Shown: piece by piece, positions 25,789 to 38,067 of the stretch
How the letters are laid out: the number at the start of each line of letters is the position of its first letter
How positions within the stretch are numbered: position 1 is the first letter of the stretch
NCBI GenBank assembly: GCA_951406725.2
Contig: OX597835.1
Location: forward strand, 27,466,001 to 27,530,000
DNA: 64,000 nucleotides
Direction of reading: 5' to 3'
DNA from: Octopus vulgaris
Taxonomy: Eukaryota
Notes under the pieces: model-generated
The model's input: the letters and a program-made list of their open reading frames with translations, nothing else
Databases searched by the model: none
What the model was told of the DNA's origin: nothing
Made by a program: the position numbers and the translations under genes

Positions 25789-26312
25789 CAGTAATTCCCA
25801 AAGTGGGCAGTACTAACCCCTTGGAGGTGGTGGGAAGATCCAGCAAGCTGGCAGAAACATTAGCACGCCGGGCAAAATGCTTAGCGGTATTTCGTCTGCC
25901 ATTATGTTCTGAGTTCAAATTTCACCGAGGTCGACTTTGCCTTTCATCCTTTTGGGGTCGATAAATTAAGTACCAGTTACGCACTGGGGTCGATGTAATC
26001 AACTTAATCCGTTTGTCTGTCCTTGTTTGTCCCCTCTGTGTTTAGCCCCTTGTGGGCAGTAAAGAAATAAGGAAAGATCCAGACAGTGGCATTGAAGAAA
26101 AGTGGTATAATAATGGGGTGGCCAAAATGGGGTGACATGTACAAAAAAAATATTAATTGGTTAATTAGGCTTAAGTTTTATTTGTGAAATACAACTATTT
26201 TGAATTTGCTCCAGAAAGTGGTCCATATTTGTGGTGGGGAGGGTGAGGGGGCGCTAGGAATGTGGCCTGGGTGCCAAAGGGGCAGCAGCCTGACAAATTT
26301 TGGGAACTATTG
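25789..26312. mobile_element. hAT-type MITE interrupted by a SINE
   Basis: Termini CAGTAATTCCCAAAGT / ATTTTGGGAACTATTG; degenerate TSD ATTTAGAA/GTTTAGAC. Confidence 0.55.
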
Positions 26313-27183
26313 GTTTAGACTGTAATAACCTTTACAAAGCCTTCTGTGTGCATGCATGACTTTGAACTGTTACGGGTCATATCCTGTGCCACCCGTTTGT
26401 GTACCTAGTACCAAGGTGCGTTTTCAAGCGGTTCATGAACGAGTGTCTACTGCGGATTGGAACGGTTTATAACGTTAAGATTTAATAACCCACATAGCTG
26501 TTGAATTCATTTCAAATTTAGATTTATTTCAGGCGGTGGCAGTAACCTATTTCTTTACTACCCACAAGGGGCTAAACACAGAGAGGATAAACAAAGACAG
26601 CCAAAGGGATTAAGTCGATTATATCGGCCCCAGTGCGTAACTGGTACTTATTTAATTGACCCCGAAAGGACGAAAGGCAAAGTCGACCTCGGCGGAATTT
26701 GAACTCAGAACGTAGCAGCAGACGAAATACTGCTAAGAATTTCGCCCGGCGTGCTAACATTTCTGCCAGCTTGCCGCCTTAACCTGTGGCAGTAACCTGT
26801 ACCCACTGTTACCCCATCCCAATCATCCCATCTTCTTCCCACTTACTTCCACTCAGCCTTATACAATGCAGATTAACCTTCTATATGCATACATGTGTGT
26901 GTGTGAAGGCATGTGGCTGGCCTTGTGGTTATGGATGTTGCACTCATGACCAAGGGATCATGGTTTCGATTCTTAGACCAGATGCACGTTGTGTTCTTGA
27001 GCTAAACTCTGCATTTCATGCTGCTCCAATCCAGACACCTGTAAACAGGTAACTTTGTGACAGACTGGCCTTCCAAACGGGGGAAATGGTGACCTTCTCA
27101 ATTGGCCAACAGGATGCAACGTTACATCGAGAATTTAGTGTTTAACAAAGACTTTCTTTCACCAGAGGACGTAACCTAAATTC

Positions 27184-27215
<32 letters not shown>

Positions 27216-27250
27216 CTAGACTTCCTACCCAGTGTTGCCCGGTAAAGTAT
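27216..27250 (-). mobile_element. Possible Helitron 3' terminus remnant
   Basis: Minus strand ACCGGGCAACACTGGGT subterminal hairpin followed by CTAG|T. Confidence 0.4.
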
Positions 27251-27578
27251 TCACACACACACACACACTAATCCTTTCTACTATAAGCACGAAGCTCGAA
27301 ATTTCAGCGGAAGGGCTAAGTCAACTGCACTGACCCCAGTACTCAACTGGTACATATTTTATCGACCCTGCCCACCCCCCCAAAAAAAAGGACAAAAGAC
27401 AAAATCAACCCCAGCAGAATTTGAACTCAGAACGGCGCAAAGAAGGGAGAAACGTTATCAAGCATTTGGCCCAGCTTGCTAATGATTCTGCCAACTCACC
27501 ACCTTACACACACTCACACACACAAAATAATGTAATTTGTAAAGGAAATTAAAGGGAAAAATAAGGAATAAGAACTTA

Positions 27579-27689
<111 letters not shown>

Positions 27690-28803
27690 TCAACAAAGAT
27701 TAGATTCAGATGCAGCTACAGAATTACAGTTTACAAGTTAACTGTACAGAATGATGTTTTCGTTTTAGTATACAAGTTTTTAAGTAGGGTTCAATTTTTT
27801 GTTGTGACCTCCTTCGGTCACGAATGACCATGGAATTGCACCTAGAAAGTTATCCTCCAAGGTACAAGTCTGGGCAAGGTTGTTTATGGATGACCAGCAG
27901 TTGCCCATGCATACCGGCCTCCCTTCTCCACGCCACCAATGTTATCCAAGGGAAAGGCAAAGGCCAATACAGCTTGGCACCAGTGACGTCGCAGCTCATT
28001 TATTAACGTGCAAGTGGCTGAAAACTCCACAGACACGTGTACCCTTAACGTAGTTCTCGGGGAGATTCAGCATGACACAGAGTGTGACAAGGCCGGCCCT
28101 TTGAAATACAGGTACAACAGAAACAGGAAGAAAGAGTGAGAGAAAGTTGTGGTGAAAGAGTACAGCAGGGTTCACCACCACCCCCTGCCGGAGCCTTGTG
28201 GAGCTTTAGGTGTTTTTGCTCAATAAACACTCACAATGCCCAGTCTGGGAATAGAAACCGCGATCCTCCAACTGCGAGTCTGCTGCCCTAACCACTGGGC
28301 CATTGCGCCTCCACAGGGTTCAATTAATGAAAGTAAATTATAACGACTTTTCACATTTATCTTTCTATTTCTTCAAAAAACACTCAACAAGTATAAAAAG
28401 ATACTGGAATCAACATAATTTGGATTAAACTTATAATTTAAAGAAATTTTTTTTACTGTTATGTCTGTAGAATAACAGAGCCATGTAATGTATGAGAGAA
28501 AGAAACGGTGAGGTGATACAACATGATATTTCACAATGAATTAGTTCTCTGTCATGGAATTTTCAATAACAGAAGAAACTCAAAAACCAAATTTTGATAA
28601 AAATTGGAATGTTCAAGAATTTTCTAGACAGTGTAGTCTTTAATAACTGTTTACTTTTGTTACATAGCCATAACTAATTAATAGGCAGCTTTCTTTATTA
28701 TTGTATAGATGGCTACCACCATCATGTAGGTGCAGCATGGCCAAGTGATTAAGAAATTTTCTTTGCAACCACAAAGTGCCAGGTTTAATAAAAAACTACT
28801 TAC

Positions 28804-28866
28804 TCCTTTTGCATCGGGTAATTTCACAGTTCCTCCAGTTTGTTCACATAGGTAATGGAAAAGGTT
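28804..28866 (-). CDS. unc-13: unc-13 exon: NLFHYLCEQTGGTVKLPDAKG
   Basis: 63 nt, phase 0/0, CAG/GTAAG boundaries. Confidence 0.94.
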
Positions 28867-29142
28867 CTGTAAAACAAAGACAAAATATTATTTTTAGATA
28901 ACTAAGTAAAATTTCTAAGAACTTATATACAAGAACAGTGTGGAATACACATATTAGACATTCAAAAGCACAAAAACTGTTCATTTGATTTAAACATTTA
29001 TTTTTTTGTTATTTAATGTTAAGATTTTTGTCACACCAACTGTAACCTGGTCACAGACAAGATTACACTGCATCTAGTTTGTTTTTAAGGTTGTTGGCTG
29101 CTATATAAAAGTTCCAAGGATTTGAATTGTAAAAGGCCCCTG

Positions 29143-29560
29143 GGATCTTTTCAGTTTGAACAGCAGTTTTTTCTTGTGGTGTCATATGAAATTGTCACCC
29201 ATAATTATGACCCTAGTATCGATCTATTGCATTTCAATCTGTTTTAGGGTGGGTTAGGGATAGGGGGTGGAAAGGGTATCTTTTTTTCTTCAGAAATGTA
29301 AATAAACCCAATCTGTTTCTTAAATGAGGAACATATTCAAACGGCACAGAATGTTTTCACCTCAATAGACAGTGATTGATTGGTTGAAATTGCAGAAATT
29401 GAAGAAAAAAACAACAAATATCTTACAAACTATAGAATTTTCTCAATAAAGCCAAGAGAAAAAGATGTTTTATAAACACATTCTACCAGTATACGAAGTT
29501 TAAAATTTTTTAGTTACCTACAAATTATGTTAAAAACTGCCGTTCAAACCAAAAAGATCT
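29143..29560. mobile_element. Non-autonomous DNA transposon, ~28-bp TIRs, 8-bp TSD (Merlin-like or hAT)
   Basis: GGATCTTTTCAGTTTGAACAGCAGTTTT / AAAACTGCCGTTCAAACCAAAAAGATCT; perfect TSD GGCCCCTG at 29135-42 and 29561-68. Confidence 0.75.
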
Positions 29561-29844
29561 GGCCCCTGTGCTGGTGACGCATAAGAGACACTCATACTAG
29601 TAACATGTAAAAGACACCCAATACACTGAAAACAGACCTTGCCAGTGCTGAGGTGATGCGAAAAGCACCCAGTGTATTCTGCAAGGTGGTTGGCAATAAG
29701 AAGGGCATTCAGCTGTAAAAACCAAGCCAAAATAGATGACTGGAGCCTGGTGCAGTTTTCCAGCATCAGTGAAACTGTCTAACCCATGACGGCATGGAAA
29801 ACGGATGTGAAATGACGCTGAAGATAATGATGAAATAACCAGGA

Positions 29845-30138
29845 ACTTATATGTTGGATAAAGTCATAACGAACTGATCCCCCCCTGTTTTTTCTTTTAC
29901 CCAAAGCTAGGAACCTTTCCCACAGCACTTCGTATGTGTATAAGATAAATAACCTCGAGTTCTTTTACAAGGCTTAGAACAACTGAAGGACCACTGCAAT
30001 AAGTGTGTGAATCTGAGAGGGTCGGGGATATGTTGGATAAAGTCATAACGAACTGATCCCCGCCCTGTATTTTTTTTTTACCCAAAGCCAGGAACTTTCC
30101 AGCAGCCCCTCGTATGTGTATAAAACAAATAAACCTCA
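29845..30138 (-). mobile_element. Tandemly duplicated mariner-like terminal fragment
   Basis: Minus strand TACGAGGGGCTGCTGGAAAGTTCCTGG-type end occurs twice (about 29935 and 30115). Confidence 0.45.
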
Positions 30139-30148
30139 ACGTTGTTCA

Positions 30149-30316
<168 letters not shown>

Positions 30317-30819
30317 TCAATAGAGCTTGGAGATCACACAGATCAACAAATGACAAAAGGGAGGTAAATTATGTGTCATGCCTTAACCAAAAAATATTTA
30401 TTAACAAAAGGAGGTGAATCAGCAGAATTGCCAAAGCTACGGATAAATTACATTATGGATTCATTCCCTTTCTTTGAACAGCCCTTCAGCTGGTCAGGTT
30501 CTGCCAAACCTTCCAACCCATGCCAGCATGGAAAATGGACGTTAAATGATGATGATGATGATATATACATACACACACGTATATATATTCACATATATAT
30601 AATACACACATAAATATATATAGATACACATACATTTATAAATATATATATGTATAGGCGCAGGAGTGGCTGTGTGGTAAGTAGCTTGTTTACCAACCAC
30701 ATGGCTCCGGGTTCAGTCCCACTGCATGGCACCTTGGGCAAGTGTCTTCTACTATAGCCTCGGGCCGACCAATACCTTGTGAGTGGATTTGGTCGACGGA
30801 AACTGAAAGAAGCCTGTCG

Positions 30820-30850
<31 letters not shown>

Positions 30851-30951
30851 GTTTGAAGGCTAAAACAATATGAAGCGCATTGTGACCAGCGATGTGTAGC
30901 AACATCTGATAGCCTGGTTGGTCACGATGACCACGGTGATATATATGTATA

Positions 30952-31132
30952 TAGGTGCAGGAGTGGCTGTGTGGTAAGTAGCTTGCTTACCAACCACATG
31001 GCTCCAGGTTCAGTCCCACTGCGTGGCATCTTGGGCAAGTGTCTTCTACTATAGCCTCAGGCCGACCAAAGCCTTGTGAGTGGATTTGGTAGACGGAAAC
31101 TGAAAGAAGCCTGTCGTAGATATGTATGTATG

Positions 31133-31177
<45 letters not shown>

Positions 31178-31370
31178 ATGTGTTTGTCCCCCTAGCATTG
31201 CTTGACAACCGATGCTGGTGTGTTTATGTCCCTGTCACTTAGCGGTTCGGCAAAAGAGACCGATAGAATAAGTACTAGGTTTACAAAGAATAAGTCCCGG
31301 GGTCGATTTGCTCGACTAAAGGCGGTGCTCCAGCATGGCCACAGTCAAATGACTGAAACAAGTAAAAGAA
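30952..31370 (+). mobile_element. SINE family A, full-length copy
   Basis: GGTGCAGGAGTGGCTGTGTGGTAAG ... GACTGAAACAAGTAAAAG. Confidence 0.88.
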
Positions 31371-31878
31371 AAGAAATAAAGAAAGAGCTTGGAGATCACA
31401 CACACCAACAAATGACAAAAGGGAGGTAAATTATGTGTCATGCCTTTACCAAAAATATTTATTAACAAAAGGAAGAGAATCAGCAGAATTGCCAAAGCTA
31501 TGGATAAATTACATTATGGATTCATTCCCTTTCTTTGAGCTCAGAGGTCAAACCACACAGAGACCAATTTTGCCATAAGCCTTTACGAGTCAATAAATGA
31601 ATACCAGCCCCGTATTGTGGTAATTGTGGAGGTGCGTGGCTTAGTGGTTAGGGTGTCAGCATCATGATCGTAAGATTGTGGTTTTGATTCCTGGAGGGGT
31701 GACACATCGTATTCTTGAGCAAAACACTTCATTTCACGTTGCTCCAATCTACTCAGCTCGCAAAAATGAGTAACGCTGCAATGGACTGGTGTCCCGTCCA
31801 GCTGGGGAACACATAAGCCATGGAAACCAAGAAACCGGGCCCATGAGCCTGGCTAGGCTTTAAAAAAAAGGGCGCATT

Positions 31879-32271
31879 TACTCTTTTACTTGTTTCAGTC
31901 ATTTGACTGCAGCCATGCTGGAGCACCGCCTTTGGTCGAGCAAATCGACCCCGGGACTTATTCTTTGTAAGCCCAGTACTTATTCTATCAGTCTATTTTG
32001 CCGAACTGCTAAGTGACGGGGACATAAACACACCAGCATCGGTTGTCAAGCAGTGCTAGGGGGACAAACACATACACACACATACATATATATATATACA
32101 TATATACGATAGGCTTCTTTCAGTTTCCGTCTACCAAATCCACTCACAAAGCATTGGTCGGCCCGGGGCTATAGCAGAAGACACTTGCCCAAGATGCCAC
32201 ACAGTGGGACTGAACCCGGAACCATGGGGTTTGTTAGCAAGTTACTTACCACACAGCCACTCCTGCGCCTA
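31879..32271 (-). mobile_element. SINE family A, full-length inverted copy
   Basis: Reverse complement of 30952-31370 with high identity. Confidence 0.88.
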
Positions 32272-32533
32272 TTTATTTATTTATTTTATTGTGGTAATTA
32301 TATATTTTTCCTCTGTCTCTGTGTGTTTGTTACTCACTTTTCTTTTACTTGAAGAAGTCCAGAAATCAGACCTTGAGAGAGTGTTTAATAATGAAATGAA
32401 GTAGCATGAAACGATTGTACTACACTACTTTGGATATCCTTGTTGCTTATTTTGATTATAATCACCCCATTTGATTTATATGGATAATACCATACCAAGT
32501 TCTAGTGCCTTTAACTTAAGTACCATATTCATC

Positions 32534-32586
<53 letters not shown>

Positions 32587-32659
32587 TATTTAGAAATTTA
32601 ATATTTCTAATTTTGGTGATCAGTGAATAAACTTCACTGAAAATATATATATATATATT

Positions 32660-32906
32660 TACGAAGTCTAGACAGATATCTTCAGTTAGCAGGCCTTGCT
32701 ACTCTAGACTGATGATGTGCAAGACCCTGAAACATGCATGTCTCTAGATGCAGGCCTAGCTGTTGGGGGTGTTTGTCTCCCCTTTGTAAATATATAAGGA
32801 CACAGGAAATGTGTCAAGGCCGACAGGAAGCGTCGATGCTTCCTAGGGCTAAATAGCAGTGGTGTAATTCCCTTACGGGACTGTCACGTTATGTTGACAG
32901 TATACA

Positions 32907-32910
<4 letters not shown>
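32660..32910 (+). mobile_element. PLE pLTR fragment (hammerhead + structured 3' module) between microsatellites
   Basis: Contains hammerhead 32691-32757; 32790-32900 aligns structurally with 18063-18170. Confidence 0.6.
32691..32757 (+). ncRNA. Type I hammerhead ribozyme (minimal, PLE-type)
   Basis: TCTAGA-CTGATGA(32709-15)-stem II (degenerate)-GAAA(32729-32)-CATGCATG palindrome-GTC site(32740-42)-TCTAGA; stem I extended by AGGCCT/AGGCCT. Confidence 0.8.
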
Positions 32911-32972
<62 letters not shown>

Positions 32973-33823
32973 GCATCTCTTTTGATGAGTTGCATTAATG
33001 TGTGCACATAAGAGAGTTCTGCCTTCTGAGAAGAGAACATAATGATGTCCTGTTACTAATTTCATTTCATATTATCTTTTTCTTTCTCTCTCTCTCTCTC
33101 TTTGCCTCGGTGTAACAAAAGACTGCTTCACCATACACATGCAACACAAAGATGAAGTCATTAAGGAACGGCTCTGCTTCGTCAGTACATATTGATTTAA
33201 GTCAATATTTTTATGACATCATCAAACAACAAGCCAACCCCCCAAACCTCTCACTCCCCACCCCCTCGTCTCCACTCCTCCTCCACACTGCACCCCTTGC
33301 ATCGTACGCTGCCCTTCACTCCCCAGCATCTCCATTCGGCTTGGCTCTGATCAGCTCAGCTCGGCTTACTCTGATGACATTTATCAATACTTAGAGAACA
33401 CTTGAACAATAAGTTTTTACCGATTTTTTCCAATACCTTCCTTTTGCGTCTAAATTAATTGTTTTCTTCTTCTTGTGTATGTGTGTGTGTGTGTGTGTAT
33501 ACACACACATACATCTCTTAGCTTTTACTAGTTCCAGTAATTAGACTGTGGCCATGCTGTATGTATGTACATATATAATACATACATATATATATACACA
33601 CACATATCTATACATACACACACACACACACATATATATATATATGTATACAGACACACACATATATATATATGTATACACACACATATATACATACATA
33701 TATATATATGTACACATATATATACACATACACACACGTATATATATCTATATATATATATATACACATACACAACTATATATAATATATGTACATATAC
33801 ATATATATATATATATGTATATA

Positions 33824-33885
<62 letters not shown>

Positions 33886-33966
33886 CATATATAAACTTAT
33901 ACATATATATATATACATGTATATATACATACATATATATATGCATATTTATATATGTACACATTT

Positions 33967-34014
<48 letters not shown>

Positions 34015-34043
34015 GAGAAAAGAAGCAACAAGAATGGATTAGT

Positions 34044-34134
34044 TTTTAGTACAATTGTTTCATACAAAGACAGGCTTTATTAAAAGTTGCAAATATTGCA
34101 GCAGATAAAAGTGTCCCGTACTCATCAGCTAAAA
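34044..34134 (-). ncRNA. Type I hammerhead ribozyme (inverted copy; sense to unc-13 pre-mRNA)
   Basis: Reverse-complement copy of 34230-34320 with one mismatch in stem II. Confidence 0.78.
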
Positions 34135-34229
34135 TACATATGAGTTCTCTAAACATCTTAGTGGGTGAGGCTACACTCATGAAGTATTGGAGAACTCATA
34201 TGTATTTTAGTTTAGAGAACTCATATGTA

Positions 34230-34320
34230 TTTTAGCTGATGAGTACGGGACACTTTTATCTACTGCAATATTTGCAACTTTTAATAAAGCCTGTCTTTGT
34301 ATGAAACAATTGTACTAAAA
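34230..34320 (+). ncRNA. Type I hammerhead ribozyme with long stem II
   Basis: TTTTAG-CTGATGA(34236-42)-GTAC...GTAT-GAAA(34303-06)-CAATTG palindrome-GTA site(34312-14)-CTAAAA. Confidence 0.8.
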
Positions 34321-35050
34321 ACTAATCCATTCTTGTTGCTTCTTTTCTCGTTTATAATCACCCCACACTACTGTATTGGTTAACACCATATAGTTTTCTG
34401 CTGCATCTAAGTACCATATTCAAGTGAATTCATTAGAATTGACTTGAATCTTAATTGCTTTTATCATCATCATCATCATCGTCGTTTAGCGTCCGTTTTC
34501 CATGCTAGCATGGGTTGGACGGTTCTACTGGGGTCTGTAAAGCCAGAAGGCTTCATCAGGCCCAGTCAAATCTGGCAGTGTTTCTATGGCTGGATGCCCT
34601 TCCTAACGCCAACCACTCCGTGAGTGTGCACAGGGGCCAGATATATAGTGGAGCGTTGGTGGAGACAAACACAGGCAAAGAAACAAGACTCAACCCTTGC
34701 ATGCCTCTCCAGGCTCAAAGGTGCAGCTGCCACGTAAAAAAAAAAAACTGTGCTGGTGTTGCGCAAAAGCACCCAGGTACTCTCTGTAGAGTGGTTGGTA
34801 TTCGGAGGGGCATCCAGCTGTAGAAGCCATGCGAAAACAGACATGGAACTTGCACAGCCCTTCAGCTGGTCAGGTTCTACCAAACCTTCCAACCCATGCC
34901 AGCATGGAAAATGGACGTTAAATGATGATGATGATATGCATACATATATACATACATACATACACACACACATATATATGCACATATATATAATACATAC
35001 ATAAATATATATATAGATACACATACATTTATAAATATATATATGTACAT

Positions 35051-35094
<44 letters not shown>

Positions 35095-35756
35095 GCACAC
35101 ACACATATAGTGAGAGAGAGAAAGAGGAGAGAAACACTTCCCACCGGTTAATTTTGCTTGTTTGTTTGTATTTATTTATTGGTCTTCATAGCAATATAAA
35201 TATCAATCAAATATCTTTATTGAACAGATAGATATTTACGTTGCTATTGATACTGTTGCTTACAAACATACAGACACACTTAGCAACAGAGATCAACTGC
35301 AACCGTGCGGAAACAGTGCATCTGCTAAGTAATTTCTTATAAGTCTATCATAAAAATCCCAAACACCATTTTTACGACCGTATTTCAAATGTACTATTAC
35401 AACTACCATCGCCACCACTACCACTGCAACAAGTATTGTTTTTAAGTCTCTTTTCCATGCTGGCATAGGTTGGACGAAACTTCTTGAGGCAGTATTTTGC
35501 ATCTAGAAGCCTTTCATGATGGCAATCCTTTCCCTGTTTTTTATCCATCCATCTTCTCCACCTCCTGTTAGTATTTATCCTTACACCAATTGTCTAGAGC
35601 AGGAGTCGCCAAATTTTGACCCCCTCCTTAAGCCACTTCTCTTTCCACATTGACCATCCTCCTCTTTTAAAATATCTTAATACCCTACCCTACCATATCT
35701 TAAATGCATACCAGCTACTGATGATGGCAATTAAAATGTTAGCTAAAATATACATG

Positions 35757-35988
35757 TAAGGCGGCAAGCTGGCAGAAACGTTAGCATGGTGGACGAAATG
35801 CCTTACGGTATTTCATCTGCCGTTACGTTCTGAGTTCAAATCCCGCCGAGGTCAACTTTGCCTTTCATCCTTTCGGGGTTGATAAATTAAGCACCAGTTA
35901 CATACTGGAGTCGATGTAATCGACTTAACCCCTTTGTCTGTCCTTGTTTGTCCCCTCTATGTTTATCCCCTTGTGGGCAATAAAGAAA
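35757..35988 (+). mobile_element. SINE family B copy with 13-bp TSD
   Basis: TAAAATATACATG at 35744-35756 and 35989-36001. Confidence 0.85.
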
Positions 35989-36475
35989 TAAAATATACAT
36001 GCAAGACAATTTAAGAAATTCTTTTGAAGATGACACACTTCTTACATTTAAAACTACGTGTATGAATATACAGTCTTAAACTTTCAATTTTTATGAAATT
36101 GTTTTCACAGAAAATATGAAAACGCTTCATGTTTTCCCCACATTTCATGGCTCTGCCTATATATTTAAAGCAGTTCATGTAGGTGAGCTGGTGTTTTGCA
36201 CGCTGACCCCATTCGACCCCTTGGCTATCATCAACCCCCTAAAATTCCTCGCTGACCCCTAGAGGGTCACTTGCTGGTCTACAGCAAGAAATGTTCTCCA
36301 TGACAAAACGCAGGGAATGGTTTTTTTTGTGGGTTCAAATATGCCCCAAGCATATTTGAAATGGTATTGAACCAGGAACCAAGTGGTTGAAAAGCAAGTT
36401 TCTTACCACACAGCCATGATGGACATAAAAAAACAAAACAAAAACAAACAAACAAAAAGAAAACACAATATTTAC

Positions 36476-36603
36476 CTAAATTATACCAGACATCCATTTC
36501 TCCACTGAGTGTTCGAACTTCAATGATTGTCTGTCCCAAGAAATCATCTGATTCCCTGGTCAGCTTTTGCCTCAGTTTTGATTTCAGATCATTATCTTCA
36601 TCC
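36476..36603 (-). CDS. unc-13: unc-13 exon (C2B loop 3): [42 protein letters not shown]
   Basis: Within ORF 36279..36641; AG/GTAAA boundaries; 128 nt. Confidence 0.96.
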
Positions 36604-38067
36604 CTAAAATAATACACAAAACAAAAAAAAAACACACACAAAAAAAAAGTTAAAAGAATTGTTTAAAACAAAATCCAAGTCTCAATAATAAGGTTTTGAT
36701 TCTTTCAAATCAGGGACAATCCAGAATTATTTCCCCTAATCTAAGTACTATTTGATACTAACGCTAAAGAAACATTTATCATGTGTGTATGTGTATGTGT
36801 TCATTTTTTTTGTTTTTAATTATCTAAATTCTTCCTTTGAAGAAAGAGCTGGTTTCTAACAAAGATACGAAGCTCCAATGAAAACAATGTCATATTTTAA
36901 ACTTGAGAAAAGTCTTGCATAGTTCTACTGTTCTGTTTACAGATTGTATTAGTAATGTACAAGTCAGTAGATTTCTTTTTCTGATAATCCAAGCTCATCC
37001 AGGCTGACAGTTAGGCATTTACTTTTAAAACCAAGTGCACCAATTATTTTTGGTATTGATGTAAATTTGTAATCTGAATATAGAAACTGGAAGTTTCAAA
37101 GCGGTTGTCCATAGTTATCTGCTTTTTCTTTGGTTTCCAAAGAGATATATTCACATCAGCAGGACAGCCGACCTCTATGACGTACATGCTTTGTTTGTTT
37201 CCTTATTTGTGTGTATATGTGTGAGAGAGAGGTCACTCTTAGTGCAACAGGTAACATATAACCCAGGATGGACTGTTGCATGGTCAGGCCATCAGCAACT
37301 GAACTAGCAACACTACCAAGCCTTCTTGGTGAGGAGGGGGATTTTGTTGAACACCCTGCCAGATGAAAAACAAAACTTATTAAAAAAAAACCCATCGAAT
37401 GGTGCTCTTTTATGTGCCACTGCCATGGAAGCTAGTTAGCCGCTCTGTCAACGATCACCCTTGAATGGAGCTCTTTTGGTGCTCTTTGCACCCCGCTAGC
37501 ACGGATGCCAGTCGTCGAATTTGATTTTTGCTTATTTATTCCCATTGTTTTGAATTAATCATGCATTATTTTCTGGCTTCAACATTTTAATAATGTGATT
37601 GTTTCTTTTTAGAATGACATTGTAAGGTAGGTGTGAAAAGCAAAATCAAATATCTGGACCAGATATGGCCAGTTTAAATCTTGAACGGTTAAATATGTGT
37701 ACAATTTTATAAAATTTTATCGCCTAACTCCATTTTCTAGAGAAGGAAAGAACCAACATGATAAAGTAAATATAGTCTAAAGTAAATCTTTATTAGTTTA
37801 AGCATTTTTAGAATTTTCTTTTTATAAAAATCATAAATACTAGTCTTAATAGTTTACATGAATGAGTATTTCACAGATAATTGTACCCTTAATATAACCT
37901 TTGGGTAGAATCACTATAGCGTACCAAGTGTGTGATTGACAAGTGTGTGTGTGTGTGTGTATAAATGGCCAACATCATATGGAAGTCAAATGGAAAAATG
38001 AATCTACCTTCATATCTTACACCTCCTAACTTTATGACACACACACACACATTCTCAATTCCTCTGT

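Larger units (their letters stand above)
34013..34440 (+). mobile_element. Penelope-like element terminal insertion: inverted pLTR pair plus tail
   Basis: 142-bp inverted arms 34013-34154 and 34210-34351, each with a hammerhead; tail similar to 32400-32538; abuts (TA)n. Confidence 0.7.

Noticed and set aside
35714-35760. CTGATGA hammerhead-like core
   Set aside because: GAAA box mutated and element interrupted by a SINE; at most a dead remnant.
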